Of a DNA stretch of 64,000 bases, positions 60,767-64,000 are shown piece after piece. This DNA comes from Bacteroidota bacterium (GTDB lineage Bacteria > Bacteroidota > Bacteroidia > 2-12-FULL-35-15). The position numbers were made by a program, and so were the translations under genes. Positions within the stretch are counted from its first letter, which is position 1. Each line of letters begins with the position of its first letter. Location of the stretch: the NCBI GenBank assembly GCA_040389865.1, contig JAZJZM010000009.1, forward strand, positions 5,616 to 69,615, in the 5' to 3' direction. The notes under the pieces were generated by a model. That model saw only the letters and a list, made by a program, of their open reading frames with translations. It searched no databases and was not told the DNA's origin.

Positions 60767-61348
60767 TTAGTTTTTATCTTTGATCAGTTTTTTTAGCTCG
60801 TTTCCCAGGCCTTCTCCACGTAAAGCTCCTCCTTTTGCAATTATTATTCCATTCTCATCAATTAAAAAACCTGCTGGAATACTGTTAACAGCATACAATG
60901 CAGATGCCTTTGAATGCCATCCCGCTAAATCACTTACGTGGGTTTCCCAGATCAAACCATCTTTTGCTATGGCGTTTATCCATGCATCTTTATTGCTATC
61001 CAGAGATACTCCAAATACAGTAAATCCATTTGCTTTTTTACTGAATTTTGTATCCTTATAAGTATTATAAGTAGCTACTACATTGGGGTTTTCATAACGA
61101 CAAGGACCACACCAGGATGCCCAAAAATCGATCAACACTATTTTACCTTTTAATGAAGAAAGTGAAATTTCTTTTCCCTGTGGATTGTTAAATTTCAATT
61201 CAGGTGCTTTATTACCAACTTCAATTCCAACTACCGGACCTGTTTTAGCAGCTTCCTGTATAACATTATTGTTAGTGCCGGTTTTGATAAATCCGAATCC
61301 GGTAACCGATACAGCTGCCAGAATTAGTAAAATGTTTATTTTTTTCAT
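60767..61348 (-). CDS. TlpA-family disulfide reductase (exported)
   Basis: Signal peptide; LIDFWASWCGPC; GVSLD; P.GFLID..G.I. Confidence 0.9.
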   Translation of the reverse strand: MKKINILLILAAVSVTGFGFIKTGTNNNVIQEAAKTGPVVGIEVGNKAPELKFNNPQGKEISLSSLKGKIVLIDFWASWCGPCRYENPNVVATYNTYKDTKFSKKANGFTVFGVSLDSNKDAWINAIAKDGLIWETHVSDLAGWHSKASALYAVNSIPAGFLIDENGIIIAKGGALRGEGLGNELKKLIKDKN

Positions 61349-61447
61349 GAGTACAATATTACAATTATTTTAATTATTCTAAACTCGTTTTTTGAGATTA
61401 TGAGGTCTTAAATTTCAATAAAACCTTCAAAGATCCAAGAATTGAAT

Positions 61448-62752
61448 TTATTTCCTTACAATATCTGCGCCAAGTTTTTGTAAACGGATGTCAATGTTCT
61501 GATAACCGCGATCTATCTGCTCTATATTATGAATGGTGCTTTTCCCTTTCGCTGAAAGAGCAGCTATTAAAAGCGATACTCCGGCACGTATATCCGGAGA
61601 TGTCATAGAAATGCCTTTTAACTGGTGTTCTCGGTTCAAACCAATCACTGTGGCACGATGTGGATCACAAAGGATGATCTGCGCGCCCATGTCGATCAAT
61701 TTATCGACAAAGAACAAACGGCTTTCAAACATTTTTTGATGGATAAGCGCTGTTCCTTTGGCCTGTGTTGCCACAACCAATATAATACTCAACAGATCGG
61801 GTGTAAAACCAGGCCAAATAGCATCAGAAATGGTTAAAATAGATCCATCGATAAAAGTATCAATTTCATAACTTTCCTGGGAAGGAATAAAAATATCATC
61901 TCCTCTGCGTTCTAATTTAATTCCCAAACGCTGAAACACGCTTGGTATCACCCCTAATTCGTCATACGACACATTTTTAATGGTGATCTCCGATTGTGTC
62001 ATAGCTGCAAGCCCAATGAAACTACCAACTTCGATCATATCAGGTAACATACGATGTGCTGTTCCACCAAGGTATTCAACGCCTTCTATGTATAATAAAT
62101 TAGAGCCAATACCAGTTATTTTTGCGCCCATTCTATTCAGCATTTTGCATAATTGCTGCACATATGGCTCACAAGCGGCATTGTAAATGGTTGTTAGCCC
62201 TTTTGCAAGAACGGCTGCCATCACAATATTTGCAGTTCCTGTTACCGATGCTTCATCCAAAAGCATGTAGCAGCCCTTCAAATTAGTAGCTTCTACCTTA
62301 TAAAACTCATTTTCTTCATCATAAATAAATTTTGCTCCCAGGTTTTGAAAGCCGATAAAGTGCGTATCCAACCGTCTTCTACCAATTTTATCACCACCCG
62401 GTTTTGGAATGTATCCTTTACCAAAACGTGAAAGTAAAGGTCCTACTATCATAATGGAACCCCGTAAACTCCCGCCCTTTTTCTTGAATTCAGGGGAATT
62501 AATATAATCTACATTTACATTATTTGCCTGGAACGTATATTCTTCGTGTCCTGTTTTTTCTATGTTTACGCCTAAATCCCTTAACAGATCTATTAATTTG
62601 TTTACATCTACAATATCCGGAATATTACTAATTACCACTTTTTCGGGAGTAAGCAAAACGGCACACAATATTTGCAATGCCTCATTTTTAGCCCCTTGAG
62701 GAGTAATTTCTCCTTTTAATCTTTTTCCGCCAACAATTTCGAATACACTCAT
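61448..62752 (-). CDS. murA: UDP-N-acetylglucosamine 1-carboxyvinyltransferase
   Basis: GAKNEAL, PGGDKIGRR (Asp at the Cys/Asp catalytic position), SVTGT, PDIRAG, IDRGY. Confidence 0.96.
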   Translation of the reverse strand: MSVFEIVGGKRLKGEITPQGAKNEALQILCAVLLTPEKVVISNIPDIVDVNKLIDLLRDLGVNIEKTGHEEYTFQANNVNVDYINSPEFKKKGGSLRGSIMIVGPLLSRFGKGYIPKPGGDKIGRRRLDTHFIGFQNLGAKFIYDEENEFYKVEATNLKGCYMLLDEASVTGTANIVMAAVLAKGLTTIYNAACEPYVQQLCKMLNRMGAKITGIGSNLLYIEGVEYLGGTAHRMLPDMIEVGSFIGLAAMTQSEITIKNVSYDELGVIPSVFQRLGIKLERRGDDIFIPSQESYEIDTFIDGSILTISDAIWPGFTPDLLSIILVVATQAKGTALIHQKMFESRLFFVDKLIDMGAQIILCDPHRATVIGLNREHQLKGISMTSPDIRAGVSLLIAALSAKGKSTIHNIEQIDRGYQNIDIRLQKLGADIVRK

Positions 62753-63005
62753 TTTAATATCTTTTTAATTGAAATATGAAAGAATTTTAACCAATACGAA
62801 TTACGAATTAAAAGGCGGCAATCCTGATACCGGAAAATATATTTTACGAACAGTTTAATTAACAAAAAATGAATTTTAAGGCGTAGGCATCGTCAGATAA
62901 TTTAGTTGAATAAATTGACTATTTTTACAAACAAGTTATAAAAAAACCAATTTTATTTTTAAAGTTTTTAAAAAACTTTAATTTTAAACAAAAACATAAA
63001 ATTTT

Positions 63006-63794
63006 ATGCAAGAGAGACATACAGATAAAGACATGTATTTTAAAGAACAAGAATACACAACTCAAAAATATGTTATTCCTTTTATCAGCGATTTTGTTAC
63101 TTTAAATAAAGATTTTCATGTTCTTGAAATTGGATGTGGTGAAGCAGGAAATCTTAAACCATTTCTCGATATTGGCTGTCCATCAATGGGGGTGGATCTG
63201 AACGCGGACAAGGTTGAATATGCAAGAGAATATTTTTCGGACCATCCGAATAATCATTTACTTAAATTAGTAGTAAAAGACATTTACGATATGGTAGATG
63301 AGTTAAAGGATGGATTTGATCTGATCATCCTGAGAGATGTTATCGAACACATTCATAATCAGGAAAAATTTTTAGCTTGCTTAAAATCATTATTGAAACC
63401 AAATGGTAAAATATTTTTCGGTTTTCCACCATGGCAAAACCCATTTGGTGGGCATCAGCAGATTTGTAATAGTAAATTTTTATCAAAAACTCCTTATTTC
63501 CACCTGCTTCCAAAACCGCTTTACAAAGGGGTTTTAAAATTATTTGGAGAAAAACCAACTACAATTGATGACCTTTTGGAAATAAAAGATACGGGGATAA
63601 GTATTGAACGATTTGAAAGGATCTTAAAAGCAGAAAATTGGAAAATTGATAGAAAAACATTCTTCTTTATTAATCCAAATTACGAAGTGAAATTTAAACT
63701 AAAACCAAGGGAATCCTACGGTTTTATTACAAAAATCCCAATACTTCGAAATTATTTCACAACCGCCTGCTATTATTTAATTTCCAAAAAATAA
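63006..63794 (+). CDS. Class I SAM-dependent methyltransferase
   Basis: VLEIGCGEAG motif I; FDLIILRDVIEH; LKPNG. Confidence 0.88.
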   Translation: MQERHTDKDMYFKEQEYTTQKYVIPFISDFVTLNKDFHVLEIGCGEAGNLKPFLDIGCPSMGVDLNADKVEYAREYFSDHPNNHLLKLVVKDIYDMVDELKDGFDLIILRDVIEHIHNQEKFLACLKSLLKPNGKIFFGFPPWQNPFGGHQQICNSKFLSKTPYFHLLPKPLYKGVLKLFGEKPTTIDDLLEIKDTGISIERFERILKAENWKIDRKTFFFINPNYEVKFKLKPRESYGFITKIPILRNYFTTACYYLISKK

Positions 63795-63937
63795 GAAGCA
63801 AGCTCTTTGTCAATAAGTGCTATTTTGTTATTGTGTTAAATTGTAATTAACATTAATTACGAAAAAGCTAAGGTACCATTCTCGATTCTTCTCGAAACAA
63901 TGTTGTTTAAGTTAAGGAAAAAACATCAGCCCACAGT

Positions 63938-63988
63938 CTTCGACAAGCTCTGACTGACCGCGCGCTGGTCATATTGAGCCTGTCGAAA
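63938..63988. repeat. CTTCGACAAGCTC-type REP doublet
   Basis: cttcgacaagctctgactgacc-gcgcgct-ggtcatattgagcctgtcgaaat; related to the inserts in the MITE copies. Confidence 0.7.
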
Positions 63989-64000
63989 TATGTGCGATAG

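Overview
AT-rich chromosomal window from a Bacteroidota genome, judged from T9SS type A/B C-terminal domains, gldB/gldC and TAnnTTTG promoter elements. It is mostly housekeeping and envelope genes: a cluster of T9SS cargo genes, higBA, pntAB, rel-fur-STAS-purA-ostA, a TPP-riboswitch thi operon, metK, dacB, murF, nadE, gldBC, engB, an OlsA/OlsB-like acyltransferase pair, ppx, an ABC pair, dnaJ-grpE and murA. I found no rRNA, tRNA, CRISPR array, integrase or prophage. The unusual content is non-coding. (1) About 15 intergenic spacers are built from degenerate 7-8 nt tandem repeats, most with a G-skewed 5' arm and a complementary C-skewed 3' arm running from stop codon to next start or promoter. 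The same units also occur in frame inside ubiD, thiD, signal peptides and protein C-termini. (2) A REP-associated tyrosine transposase with its own flanking REPs coexists with at least seven other palindromic repeat families, including a ~103-bp MITE-like scaffold seen empty, with two inserts and with three (one nested). (3) Three small insertions are bracketed by diverged direct repeats of the upstream gene's 3' end or terminator, most clearly a Bro-N gene inside the thi operon flanked by two thiS 3' ends. All product calls come from motif recognition by eye; no database search was run.
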